Positions 1-13,300 of a DNA stretch of 55,000 nt are shown here, one piece after another; positions within the stretch are counted from its first letter, which is position 1, and each line of letters opens with the position of its first letter. The translations under genes and the position numbers were made by a program. The DNA comes from Tubulanus polymorphus (lineage: Eukaryota; Animalia; Nemertea): positions 1 through 55,000 of the forward strand of contig NW_027437478.1 of assembly GCF_964204645.1 (NCBI RefSeq), given 5' to 3'. The notes under the pieces were generated by a model that had not been told where the DNA came from, did no database searches, and saw nothing but the letters and a program-made list of their open reading frames with translations.

Positions 1-309
1 CATAAGTCATCGTTCGTCATAAATGCCGTTCCAAAAAAAAACAGGAAACAACAAACCAAATAAATGTACAAAATTACACATTATCGCAAGTTAATGATAA
101 CCAGGAATTCGAACAACCGTATTGATACGATATCATCCACTTAGTTTTAACTAGAGAAAATAGTCAAGAATTTCACAAAAAAATTGTCACATAAGATTTG
201 AGATCATTAATAGGAACATGAAATGACCACAGCGTCAGTACACCAAATGCGAGATTCAATACAAAGATCACCAGATCTCATTCATGAGATGTTAGTTACG
301 CAGACTGAG

Positions 310-391
310 CATGGACGTATAAACTAGATTAGTACGTCTATATATATTATACGTCTATATATATTATAGACTCTTAGTTTATACGTCCATG
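310..391. repeat. Short palindromic (hairpin) repeat
   Basis: CATGGACGTATAAACTA ... TAGTTTATACGTCCATG inverted ends around a duplicated TACGTCTATATATATTA core. Confidence 0.6.
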
Positions 392-551
392 GAATGAGCA
401 TGGACGGTAGAACTACATGAAATGTAATAAATAATACAAATATAAAAACCACACACGTATTACAACGTAGATTTTAACTTGTACAACTTTTTGCTGCATG
501 GGTTAGAGATATAGCGTATTGAATGTTTATATTCCTTTTTAGGCCATATAA

Positions 552-800
552 TATGGTGGCTGATTCGGACCATACTATAAAATTTTCTGTACGGCTAGAG
601 CAACGATACAAAAATTTCCATATTGGCCCTTTTTTTGGTTTTTTTCGCGCGAGAATTCAAAACTTTTTGAAGTCTTGCGCGAGAAAACCAAAAGTTTTGA
701 GATCTCGTGCGAGAGAACCACAATGTTTTGAATTCTCGCACGAGAAAACCAAAAAGGGCCAATGTGAAATTTGTTAGTATGCCCCGAATCAGCCACCATA
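552..800. mobile_element. MITE-like palindromic element
   Basis: TATGGTGGCTGATTCGG-CATACTA at 552 is inverted at ~775-800; internal arms (TTGGCCCTTTTT...CGCGAGAATTCAAAAC) are also inverted. Confidence 0.7.
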
Positions 801-1352
801 GTATAAAAACACGTACAGCATAAGTTCGGAATAATAATTGTAGAAAACCATGCAAAAATTGTTTGTTTCTCATCAGTTTCATTTTCCGCACGCGTCAAAA
901 AAGTTCGTCGGTATAAAAATGAAAAAATGCATATCCCGCAGACAGAAATCTGGTTTCGTTTCTTTTTTAAACTCTCCCCTACTTTTTGTTTTTCTTCACG
1001 GTTGCTACCCAATTGTTACTTAGCAGGAGTAATTTGATAACGAAGTGCAGCTTTACATTACATCATGATACATGGTCTTTAACGCCTAAATTTCCCTAAT
1101 TAAAAGATAAAGAATAGTCGCGTGCCCTCATCACTTATGGAATTTGATTTGGAATATGGCTTATCATTTTTCTCTTTTTTTCAAAAGCAATGTAAAAATA
1201 AATAAAATATCCTTGCACTGATATATTTGATAAGCCTATATCTTACTATTAGAGATGGGATCATAACGATCATCTTTTTATCCAAAAGATCTTTTTTCTA
1301 TTTCGATATGTATATTGTTATCAATTGGGTAAAAAAGCTATTTCGTCATCAG

Positions 1353-4300
1353 GTTGAGGAAATATTGTTTAGACCGCATTTGCAATGCCCGTCTTCGGTG
1401 AACGAGTCGCAGAGATTTGAATGTACCGTTCAACTTGTTCAAGGCGTCAAAGCTAGAAAACTGGAAGTTGATCTAGATGACGGCACCGTACTGAGATTCG
1501 ACAATCAAGGTATCCGAAAATGACAAATTTTCAGCAACTCAATCGATACTGGGACCGGTTGCTCAAAGGTTGGTTAAAATAACCGGTGGATAAGTCCCTA
1601 ACCATCGGTTAGTTAACCACAGGTTAAATTCAGTTCCTCAAAACCTCGGTTTGCCAATCGGTGGGTCAGGTTCCTTAACCAGTGGTTAAATCATTAATTC
1701 ACTCGTTGGCCCAATTTTCATATGCCCTGTCGCACTTTGAATGGAGTCTGTTTTGATTGATAATGACAGAAAAATTGAAAAAAAAGGAAACCAATTTTAG
1801 AGAAAAAATAATAATACTTGATTGAATACTTGATTGAAACGTAATGTTGTGGTGCGAATTCTATCTGTGCCTCTTCCAAGGTCCTCTCTTTCAAAATGCA
1901 ACCTTTCTCTTCTAACTTTCTAATTCTTGAGCAACCCAATTTGACCGACGGTTAAAAGTTTGACCAACCTTTGAGCAACCGTTCCTAGGTATATGAAAAT
2001 CACTCACTAACTCACTAACTAAACTCACTAACTGACAATTTGACTGAATTGCGTTGAACATACGATCAATTAAATAACGTAAAACGTCTTCAGAAAAACT
2101 TGACACATAAGTTAAGGTCTAAGTAACTACCTGACCTAATAAAGCATGTACCGAGGCGGCTAGTGCTTAAGCAAACCCATGGTCACTCAAATCCTCAAAA
2201 ATGCTATAGAGTCTAGAGCAAACTAATTCTATTGTTTTATGTTCTTTCCATTATCTGATCTAAATTGCAGAGTCAACCGTGTTCTCAGTGGGAACGACCG
2301 AATGTCCGGAAAACAATTGCACAACTGCAAGCATCGAGAAAAAGCATTATCTACTTAATGATATCATTAGATATCACGGCACCATAGGACAATATGAGAT
2401 AGACGTTGGAAAAATCGGGGATTTCACATTCGAGGTGAGGTTTATATTTTATTAATGCACGGCAATCCATCATCGATGAAAAACCGAAATCAAGGACCCG
2501 ATATCATAATTGTCTGTTATTATGATCACTTTTCATTTCTTATCTAACCTATTCAAAATTTCTCCCAAAATTGATTAGGGAAAAAGGGCGCTGAAATCCC
2601 CTAATTAAGAAACTACTTGGTTTAGGGTTTAGGAAAAATTAAGTTTATTTGAAAAAATACTACTGTTCTTCAGTGACAAATCCTGACGAGATGTAATTTT
2701 GATGGCGCTGACATTTCAAATGTTCAAAGCTTTTGTTTTTAACGATAGATTATGTAACATGAATACATAATAACCATTCTTGAGTAATTTTAGCTTTAAT
2801 GAGTGATGGATTATACTGAAATATGAGTGATTGAAAAGCGCAAATTGGAAGGAATTTTCACATCGCGTGTATATTATCGTTTAGATACAGCGGCCCAATT
2901 GCCTTCTACCTTGGAAGGTGTTTTGTCTCTATTCGTACAGTTGCATCGACCCTGTTTTAACGCAATGCTCGAAAACTGAATCAGTCTGGGCTTTGAAATG
3001 TCAGTCGCCATCGGTGTACAGTTTCCAAAAGAAAGCATGCGTCGACAGCGCCGGGAAAGTGAAGATTCAAAGCTATTTCAAGAATTACGATAAAGTACAC
3101 AGATTCTTCAGGACGGTCGTTTCTATTTCGCAATCGATATCGAAGCCCGGTAGACAGACGTTTCAGATAGTGACTGGTAACACTACCGTTGAGCCGGGCG
3201 ACGTCATCGTTGTTCAAAGCCCGAGTGTGACGCTGAGAAAGTTTCCGATCACTGCATATACCTCCGTACGCGGGAATAACGTGGCATCGAAACACTCAAC
3301 ACGCGATTACCGGATAATGGTTCAAGCTCATTTTCTTCGCGCTCTTGAAGTGCGATTCGCTCACACCTATACACCACAATCAACGAAGGATACGTTCAAC
3401 GTGACCGCTTCGGTGTTCGGCGGTGAAAATTCAACGGTGACCGTCAACGTTCTTGTGCCGATTAGAAATGTGAAGATTGATTCACCTGCCGCCGGTAGGT
3501 TACACGCAGACGATATGTATCAAATAACAGTGCAACAGCATTCATCACCAGGCCTACTTACTAACAGATACACACTATCCGTGCTAGATGGCTGACGGGA
3601 GAAATCCCACAATAATTCTGTCAAAAGATGAAAAATTCTTGAATAGAAGATTATATATGTCGAGAATTTTTATATATTCTGCTGTTTCATTTTGTTTCTC
3701 AGTACGCCTGATGATGGCTAAACGTTGCTCAAAATATATACCGATCCATTCAAGAATTTTTCATCTTTGACTGAATTATTGTGGGATTTCTCTCGTCTAC
3801 TTACAAACAGTTCATGAACTGAGAAAACCTAATTTCTTTCTTTCATCGAAGCAAAAACAAACGAAACAGTGACATTCTCGATACCGCCTCATTACGGCAG
3901 TGACGTGAAATATGTTTGGAAATTCTCCGCGAACGGTTCAGCGACGAATGAAACTACCGAAAACCGAACTACTCGTTCGTACACAAAATCGGGCACCTAC
4001 GACGTGTCTTTGAATGCCATGAATGATGTCAGTTTTGAAGGAGTTTCGGTAAGTATAAAAATGGGCACTTCCCGCCATCTTGTCCCTGCGCTCGGAAAGC
4101 AAAACAAAGATAAATTGATGCCATTTGTGGTTTGCCCACAATTGTAATCTTTTGTATATTTTTATATATTATATATTGAAGAAAAGCCGATTTGAGGGTT
4201 CAGAGACTTTCTGCCTCACGCAGAACTGACTGCTATTTGAGAGTATTTGCTACTCATTTAGAGGAGTTCTACTTCTCCCAAAAAATATCAAATTACTCTC

Positions 4301-7300
4301 AAAATCCGAGAACGTCTATTTTCAATTAAATCGCTATTTTTGGTATCGAGTAACCATCATTTGTTTGAAAACTTCTACGTTTAGAGATATCAGGTAACAG
4401 TCACTCACATAATCTTATATATCCCGACAAGACATTACGTCTATGTACAGTCATTTGATTGGCCAGTGGTTCGTCACACGTGCGGCAATAATATGCTACC
4501 TAATATGGGGATTTAGAAAGAAACTACTGGGGCCGGTCTTATAGAATTGTATTACCTTTAACCCGGGGGCTTACTTAATTCATTTTCGATTGAATTAGCC
4601 CCAGAATTAAAGGTAATACCGGTCTATAAAATCGGGCCCAGGGATATATCTTATTGGATATCTCTAATAAAGTATCGTCACGTGATCTTTACCTTTCAGA
4701 AACAAATCATAATTCAAGACGAGGTTCTGCAGTTGACGGTGAATGCAAGTAAACAATTCATCAAATTGGGTGACTCCGTTGAGGTAGCCTGGTACATTTC
4801 TCAAGGTATATACTATTGACTTATCTCTTGTGAAAAATCCCTGAAATCTTAATTAAGTACATCAAGGAATGAGTGCTCAATCTGTGCTCGGCAAAATATA
4901 GGTACTGATGTTGAATGCGTAATGACGATGGAAGCTGATAAAACGGTTAGGATCAAACCTGGAACTAATGAATCGCAACAAAGTCATAACGGTAGATATC
5001 ATAAATTTATTAGTTAATAGGCTCTCCGACAATGAAGATATTATTAATTACAAAACGATAATGCTTGATTCGATCTCGGATCTCGGAATCAGCAAATCAT
5101 CTTTGCGTTAACAGTCCGGGAGCCCAGCAGAACATTTAGCGTATAGACGAACTGGTTACCAATGACCGAAACCATTGTACATGGCAAATCTTTCAAAGAT
5201 CCATTGGTAAAAACCAGAGTCTGGCATTTCATGACTCCTGTATTTACCTCATGGGACCCGCCAAACTAGGGGTAAAAACTGATTAAAACAAAATTTTCAT
5301 AGGCACCCATCACTACCAGTTGCATTCGAACGTCTTACTAAAGTGATCTGGGCTCCTGGATTATGATATGTAATATCTCAATGTATCATAGGAATGGGCG
5401 GAACACTGGTTTATACATACGCAACACCTGGCAGCAGAACTGTAGTGGTAAACGCGACTAACATGGTCAGCTGGCAAGTGGCAAACTTCACCGCATATGT
5501 ACAGGCACCTGTTGGAAAACTGACGATGGAATCGCCAGTAAACGTGGCTGTTGATACGTCGAGAACGCTGACTTTCACGACAAAGACTGGGACAGAATTG
5601 ATATTGAACGCCACTATCGACGGCGTTTCAATAGCCGATGTTTCGTTGTTGCGAACAACGCCGACCATCAAAGGAAAAATCGTTATTCCGGGCCAGAAAA
5701 ACGTCCACAACTATACACTTAATTTGACCGTCTACAACGATATAAGTGTTTCAACAGCCGTTTCGATGATAGAAGTCGACGTGCCTTTTACGGACACGGA
5801 GGTCCTTTCGGTGGACCGTTCGTTCGCTCCGACGGCCGAGGATGTGAATGTTACCGTAGCGCCGGTAACAGCCACCCGGGTAACTGCACAATACGAGTTT
5901 GGAGACGGGACGCCGTCGGTAAACGACTGGTTCCAATCTAGCGACAATACGACCGTCTCTACGTTGCATCGATTTTCTAATCCGGGCAACTTTACGATCA
6001 AAGCTACGCTGAAAAATCCGCTCGGAAGCGTGTTCAGGGAATTCGCGGTTCTCGTCCAACATCCGGTGAGAGCGATCAATTTCTCGTCGAATTCGCCGCT
6101 CGTTTTGCAACGTGATAAAAAAACTGACTTGCTGATACCGCTAAAAGGTAAATGTTTCAGCCGAATTGATTTGTGTTTTTAAAAATTTTCTATCTAAATG
6201 AAGTGTATCAAAACTGCTAATTCGTGCAAACCAACTATGGAATGTTGACCGTTTTTTTCCAATTGTATCTATCTTACGAAACTTAACGAATCTGACGGTG
6301 ACATTTGCACCCATCCATTTTAGGAATGGTAGGGACGAACTTCATTGCTGCTGCTGGAATCCCGTTCCCAACGGATCCTATGTACGCAATTTGGGTAGAC
6401 GATTATAATCTAACAGACAACGGACCTTTCACCCTCGACGACCGTCGAATCAACTTCACCATTAACGAGCCAGGAACTTACCTGGTGCACGTGAATATTT
6501 CCAATCTAGTTAGTTTCCTCAACTACACACATCGAGTCGAGGCGGATATAAAGATAGACAGCGTCAAATCCGCCTATTTTGGAGTTAATATCGCCAAAAT
6601 CGGTGAAAACCTCAAGTTTGGAGCGACGGTTATGGGAGGATCACGGGTAAAATTGATTTTCGAATTTCAAGACGGATTGAACGAAACGGTTGACGCCGAA
6701 GTCGGCAAACTCAAGCAAGTGCAACACGCTTTTCAAACGGATGGCCAGTTTCTCGTCAACGTGACGGCGGTAAACAGCGTCAGTGTGTTATCAACGACGA
6801 ACAACATCCCGATGGTTATTCAAATCCCAATCGATCACGTGGGGTTGCATTTCATTACAACAACTAACGCCCCGATCCAGGAAATACCCCAAGGCGCCAC
6901 CTACAACGCAAAATTCCAAGTGAAACTGGCAGAAAATAAACCTTTCCCGACTAATTCAACGTGCGCGATTGATTTCGGTGACGGCGAAAATGTAACGGAA
7001 TTGATCGGCCAAAACGCCGCGCTCGGTCGAAGGAAAAGAAGGAGTTTAAGCCCTTCATTGTGCACAGTAGCTGGTGGATGCGTTTTGATAGAAATTCCAC
7101 ACGTTTATAAAAACGGTAATCCATTTCAAGTTCGGGCAAACCTCACCAACGCTGTCTCGCAGAAATCTTTGAATATTACGGCCAACATATATGCAAAAAT
7201 TGTGAACTTAGGCTTAAAGATCATGTATCTCGATCCCTATATCCCTGGATCGGATAAGTTGCGCGGTGGTTGGATGTTAAACGGTAAACCGAATGCCTAC

Positions 7301-10300
7301 CCGACTAGTTATGGAATCTATGGCGTTGCCACGCGCGACTGGGGCTCGCACATGCATTTAACGTGGAAATTCGGCGCAAAAACCAACGCCGTCATCTACA
7401 ATAATCTAACATCGAGTGAACACGTGTTCAACACTCCGCAGACGATCGCGGTGGAGCTCTCGGCCTCAAACGTATTGAATGCTGCCACGGCACCGGTGCA
7501 AACCATCGAACTGAGATATCCCGTGGGCGATATTAATCTAATCGTGGACCCAATCGTTATCAGGAATACGAGTATATCAGCGACATTGAAACTAGGAAAT
7601 AACGCCGAAGGAGCTTGCTATTATATAGATTTCAAAATTGCTACGCCTTGTCGGGAGTACATGTACGGCGACGCCGCATCCTGTCAAAGCGGCGAACACG
7701 GTTCAAAAATAGCCGCTATAGCGCCTGATTGCAAGAAATTCTTCACTGCCAATGAACGCAGTCAATATAGCAATGGTATACAGTTGCCGAAAATGAAAAT
7801 GATGACGGCCGCTTTTTATTCCGTTATACTGGACGCGGTAAACGTCGTTAGTCGTCGGACTTTACCGATCCCGTTAGTAGTTACCCGCGGGCCGTGTTAT
7901 CCCCCGAATGTCACTCTTCAAATCCCGGACGTATGCGCGAATATGCGATATCCTGACTGTGGGGACTATCGAAGATACCCAGGCGCCTTCGGCGTGCTAC
8001 GATCGGAGAGTCTCGTCGTAAATTCCGTCCCGATTCTGAATTGTACTTCGTCGAAAATCGCCAATTACACTTGGACCATTTTCAAACAGGAAAACGGCGA
8101 GTTCGTCGAGATGACCGAAGACGAGTTGAACGGTACTGTACTATCGTCTTCTAGTTTGCGTATGATTTACTTCGCGCCTCGGTTTTTCTCGTACGGGAAC
8201 TATCGGCTGGAATTGAACGTATCCATGCACGAAGAGCAGGGTATTTTCAAGGTTGTGTCTGGTGACATTTTCGTAATAAGAACGCCGTTAGTCGTCAACA
8301 TCAAAGGCGGCTACGAGACAACTATGAAATGGTTCGCTAACGTGACGGTGTCCGTCGGTGATTCTACCTACGATCCCGACGATCCGGATAGAGACATGTC
8401 GAAGTTGAAATTCGATTGGTATTGCAAAAAATACTGCGAAACTTTCGCCACATATGACCAGTATTTTAACGTGATGAGTGAAGGGAGGTTGTGTAATCCA
8501 GGGGATTTGACTCCGTTATTAGATGCGGCCAGCGCCAGCCAGTCCAGTAGACCACTCACCACCGTCGGATGTGTCAAATACGCAGATGAAATACAATATC
8601 CAGGTAGGAATTGATTCTAGAACATATAAAATGTATGTACATAATGAATGAATGTGTACTGTAATTCATAATGAAAACAGCAGAAACGACGAATTTCCTT
8701 TTAAGAAATCCGTTCTCCGTTTTGGCGCCCGCACCAAAACAACAACAAAAAAACGAATTCTCTCTAAAAATCCATCCTGGCCATAACATCTAGTGTGTTT
8801 GGTCCTTTCGACCCTTGAAAACCGATGGAACTGGTATCTTATCTACGAACAGTTAGAATTCCCTTTTTACAACTGCAGGTTTAATGTATGACGCAAAAGG
8901 CAAACGTATCGATACGGCCAGCTTCGTAGTTGATACCGCTAACTGGAACGAAGCTTTCAACTTAACGTTGAAACTCATGGTACTGAAATATGACCCGTTT
9001 TGGGGCGGCCTGAGAGCAGCGTATTTTGAGCAGTCAGTATCAGTGGTTAACGGCGACCCACCTGACATCAAAATGATGTAAGTGTTATCTTTGTAGTACG
9101 AATACAGTTAAGTCCCCTTCGTAGGACGTCTACCTTGTCCGCCGTAGATCCCCAAGCGTACGCGGCTAAATCTGACATTAATAGGCTTTAAACCTTTCAT
9201 TACAAGGGTTTTTTTTAAATTTTTTTTCAATAACAAAATAATTGCTTCATCATATCAGCCTCGATTTTAAATCTAGAAACTTTCACAAGTTACTAATTCA
9301 TCGTATTCATGATTTCTTTTGCTCCTAATTCATTATACTTTGATTTATCCTATTTGTTGTTCTGTAATTATATATCTACTAAAGTTATATTCATCTTAAT
9401 TTCTAGATCTCGTGATTTGAAAAAATTTATTTCTTCCGACATTTGATTCAAATTCATTACAACTTTTTGCTTATTTTATGCAGTCCTTCCGAGGTTTTGT
9501 GTGGAAAATACTCAAACAATAATTTTATTTTAAATACGAATTTCCGTTCCCTTCCGTTTTAAAACGTCCAAAATAGCTCATTTTTATTTTTTCCCTTCGT
9601 TCTCCCACTTTTTTGAAAAAAATCCCTACTCCGAGTAACTAAAAACGGCCTCGATATCACACATGTAAACTGTACGGAATCGATGACGTTTCTCAAAAAA
9701 AACTTCAAGACACATTTTCGGTAATTTCTGCAAAACCTTTGCGTAAATTTTGGTAATCGTTTTTGTTTTTAGATGTGTTACGAACTGTCAAACTAAAATG
9801 AATCCCAGCAGCCGATTTTCAATAGGAACGACCATCACAAATTTCCCGGGGCTTCGCGATTTCGGTTTCGAGTAAGTTTATACGACCCTTCTCCAATCAT
9901 AGGTAATGATAATCAAATCATTCGATGTTTTCCAGATAATCCGAAGTAATAGGTAACAAACTGGATAAGGCGTGAAGATACACAACATCCGTATAAGATA
10001 AATATGCGGGAGAAATCCCATAATAAATTCAGCCAAAGGTCATAAGTTCTGGAATGGAAGTGTATATTACAGTTGTGTTGTTACAGCGCACATGATAAAT
10101 AACAGTGGCCCCTACTTCGTCGGCGCCAACAAAGTAAAATGCGACGACTAAGATGGATTTTCGCGAGAACGAATGCTCAAAACACGTCTACCTATCATGA
10201 CGCAGCTCTGCAGAGACTAAGGCGCAAGGTATCCGATTGGCTATTGAACAGCTGCGAGCGCACGTGAAGGTTTAGTGATAGATGGCGCCAGTGCGTGGTC

Positions 10301-13300
10301 CTCAGTCTCTCGTCGCGTAAATACAATTATCCACCATTCGATGGACAATTTCCCTCAATTTGAGCAACGTTTGGGCTAAAGACTATTCGCAATCATCAGT
10401 ACGTCTGAACCAATTCGGAAGGAGTTTTGCTAATCGCTTTAGATATTTGGCTGAATTATTGTGGGATTTTTCACGTACATATACGTGTGGGATATATGTT
10501 GACATGAAAAATCGCATTTTAGCTGGACGTTGAGAAAAGTGAAAATCCAAGGTCACACAATCCTTTTCCAAACAATTGCGCTAAACGATTGGGCGAAATC
10601 AGTGCCCACTGGTATCACGCATGATTACATTTCTATATACCCAGCTGTAGATGGCTATTTCAACAATTTGAGAACCGATCAAGATGCGAGATACGCGCTA
10701 TTAGTGCAGTCGTGGAGGACAGCAAACCCGAAAATCAAAGGTATAAAATCATCGTGTCTATCTTACTTTAATTCGGCTTGGCTGAATGGATATTTGTGGT
10801 TTTGTCTTTAGGTCAGTTTCTGGCATATAACCTATGATGAGAGGGCGCCAAAACAGCATGATCATGGTTTCCAAATGAATGACTCTGTCAATATTTAATT
10901 TCCCGAAGCGTCCACATACTGATATTCACTACTGCACACTAGCTTCATCAGAAAACAAAATCAGTTTAAGAGAGCTACGTCTTTCTCTTAGGGCCTAAAT
11001 GTTCCTTTTTTGCATCTGCTTGTGCCCTTTTGAAATGGTGTCTGTATTGAAATCTTGGACCGCTAGTATCTTCGGTCTAGAAGGCCCTAGGAAGAGATAG
11101 CAAACTAGTCGGCGGACGTTTGGTTCATGTGATTGGAAATTTATACGAGGTTTAATACGTCATTCTCAACTCCAAACATGAGAATCTTAACTGATAACTT
11201 AGTTGACCTCAGATATAACTTCAAAACGGATCCTGTTAGTTTTTCTTTGCATCGATAGGAAAGGCCAGTCTGCCGTTCGAGATAAACGATACTCCGAAGG
11301 AAGGGATTTGCGGTGTGGATCCGCCTGAAGGAACGGCAATCGGTACAGAGTTTAACGTTTTCTGTAGTAAGGATTGTAGCGATCAGGACGGTCCACTTCG
11401 GTACAAGATCGCTTACAGGGTAAAGCCTACAGATGATCCCATTTGGATTTACGACGGTGAGATATGATATTTAAAACACTTTTTCCACGAAAAAGATTCT
11501 TCTGATATAATGACAGTGGTTACTTAAGCTGATGACCGACATTGTTCAAGCAATATAAACGTCAAATAATGGCTGCGTCGTAGCAATCATCACGAAAATA
11601 CATTTTTCTTTTGAATTAGAAACAATTGAAAATCAAGTATCATTTACAATCCCGACAATTATACTGACTGTTATTGTATTGTAGATCTATCATACGATTT
11701 TAAGATTGTAATTTCGGAGTGTAATTTTACTTAGGTTTTCAATTCAATTTCAGGCAACAACGCGACGATGGAAAAACCCTCAATGTTACCGACAGGTTTA
11801 GTGTCTAATGACTATCACTTAAATGTGACATTGCGTTGTTTAGACCGGCTGGGTGCCCTTACTGATATGTTCCTTTCAGTCAAAGTACGTCGTGATTTTT
11901 ATGAAATAAAAAACCTGATTTGTTGGTGAAAACAGATCGTTTGTACATGACGTCATCACACGTTCATTGTACGTCATGATTGGCCATTCATTCCATTGAA
12001 AATCCCGGAAAAGCAACACAATTTTAAATGTATATTTGGATTTAATTGATTTTAAAACTATTTAGTAATTTAGTTAAAATAGCTATACGACGTGGCTTGG
12101 TCGTGTGTATAGCTTGTGTCTTAGTAACAATTTAAGACAGCATGTGATTGCACGGGCATGGTCTGCATTATAGCAATTCTTATATATTCCACTTCAACGT
12201 TGTTTTCTAAATCTTAAAGCCGCGCTTTCGTAAGTCCAGCAATATAAACCACCTAATACTTTTACAGGTGCTGCCACCTACGCCTAAAACTATCGCCAAT
12301 ACTCTGTCTAAATGGTCAGTGGTTGAAGCGAAGATTCAGGATCAATTGGCGGCAGCTAATCTTGCAGGATTCGCTCAGTTCATTGGTTTATACGGCGGCT
12401 ATCTGAATAACGAAGCGGCCAGTGATGATGCACAGTTCAACGATTGTAAGCATTCTTTACACGATGGCACATAAAGCCTATTAAATATTAAACGGATCGC
12501 ATTAGTTTTAGGGTGTCCTCAAATTCTAACACGACATTGACACGGTTGGATATGGAGGTTTTGAGCCATTTGTTTTTCTTCTGTTGAATCTTTAGCAGCA
12601 TTCATATCGTTTATACGACTGGAATTATGAAATTCATTTTGATAATAAGGGATTGGAGATCTGTTATTCGTTTCTTGTTTATTTTACATAAACAGATTTG
12701 AATTCGCTGAACCAAACGTTTGATGCAGCGAATATACCACCGAGGAACGAATCCCTTCTTGCCAGACAAAAAGTGAGAGAAAAGGTAATCCAGTGGTAAT
12801 CCATTGAGGATTTCAATACCGGTATCATCCGTAACCATATCCCGTCCTACCAAATCAAGTAAGCCCTTTGTTCAGGGTTGACATTTGACCCGACATTACT
12901 GGGCTGATCTAAGCCCAATTAATGAGCACGGTTTGGACGACTGATACTAACAACTCCGACGAGGATTTGAAAATGTTCTTGGACTTGTCCCAACTGACAA
13001 CTTGATAAATACCAAAAATTTGGCATCGGTCTCACTCCGATGACGCATGATTTATTTTTCAGTATCGTGAATTAGTTGTGGGCGAATATACAGCAATAAC
13101 GCCTCCTACTATCGGCGTTTTGAACCAGCTAGCTTCAGCGTTAGGTGTAGTAACAGCGCGTCATGACGAGTTATCCATTAGAACGATTGTAAGTTGTAAC
13201 GAAACGATTTTATCTAATTGAAACCCTTTCGGTGCTGACTAATCAATACCTTCTAGTGCGGTAGCCAGTGCGGCGTACTAACAAAGTCCATTATCGATTT

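Noticed and set aside
523-1012. ORFs of 84-145 aa
   Set aside because: They overlap a palindromic MITE and have no protein-like features.
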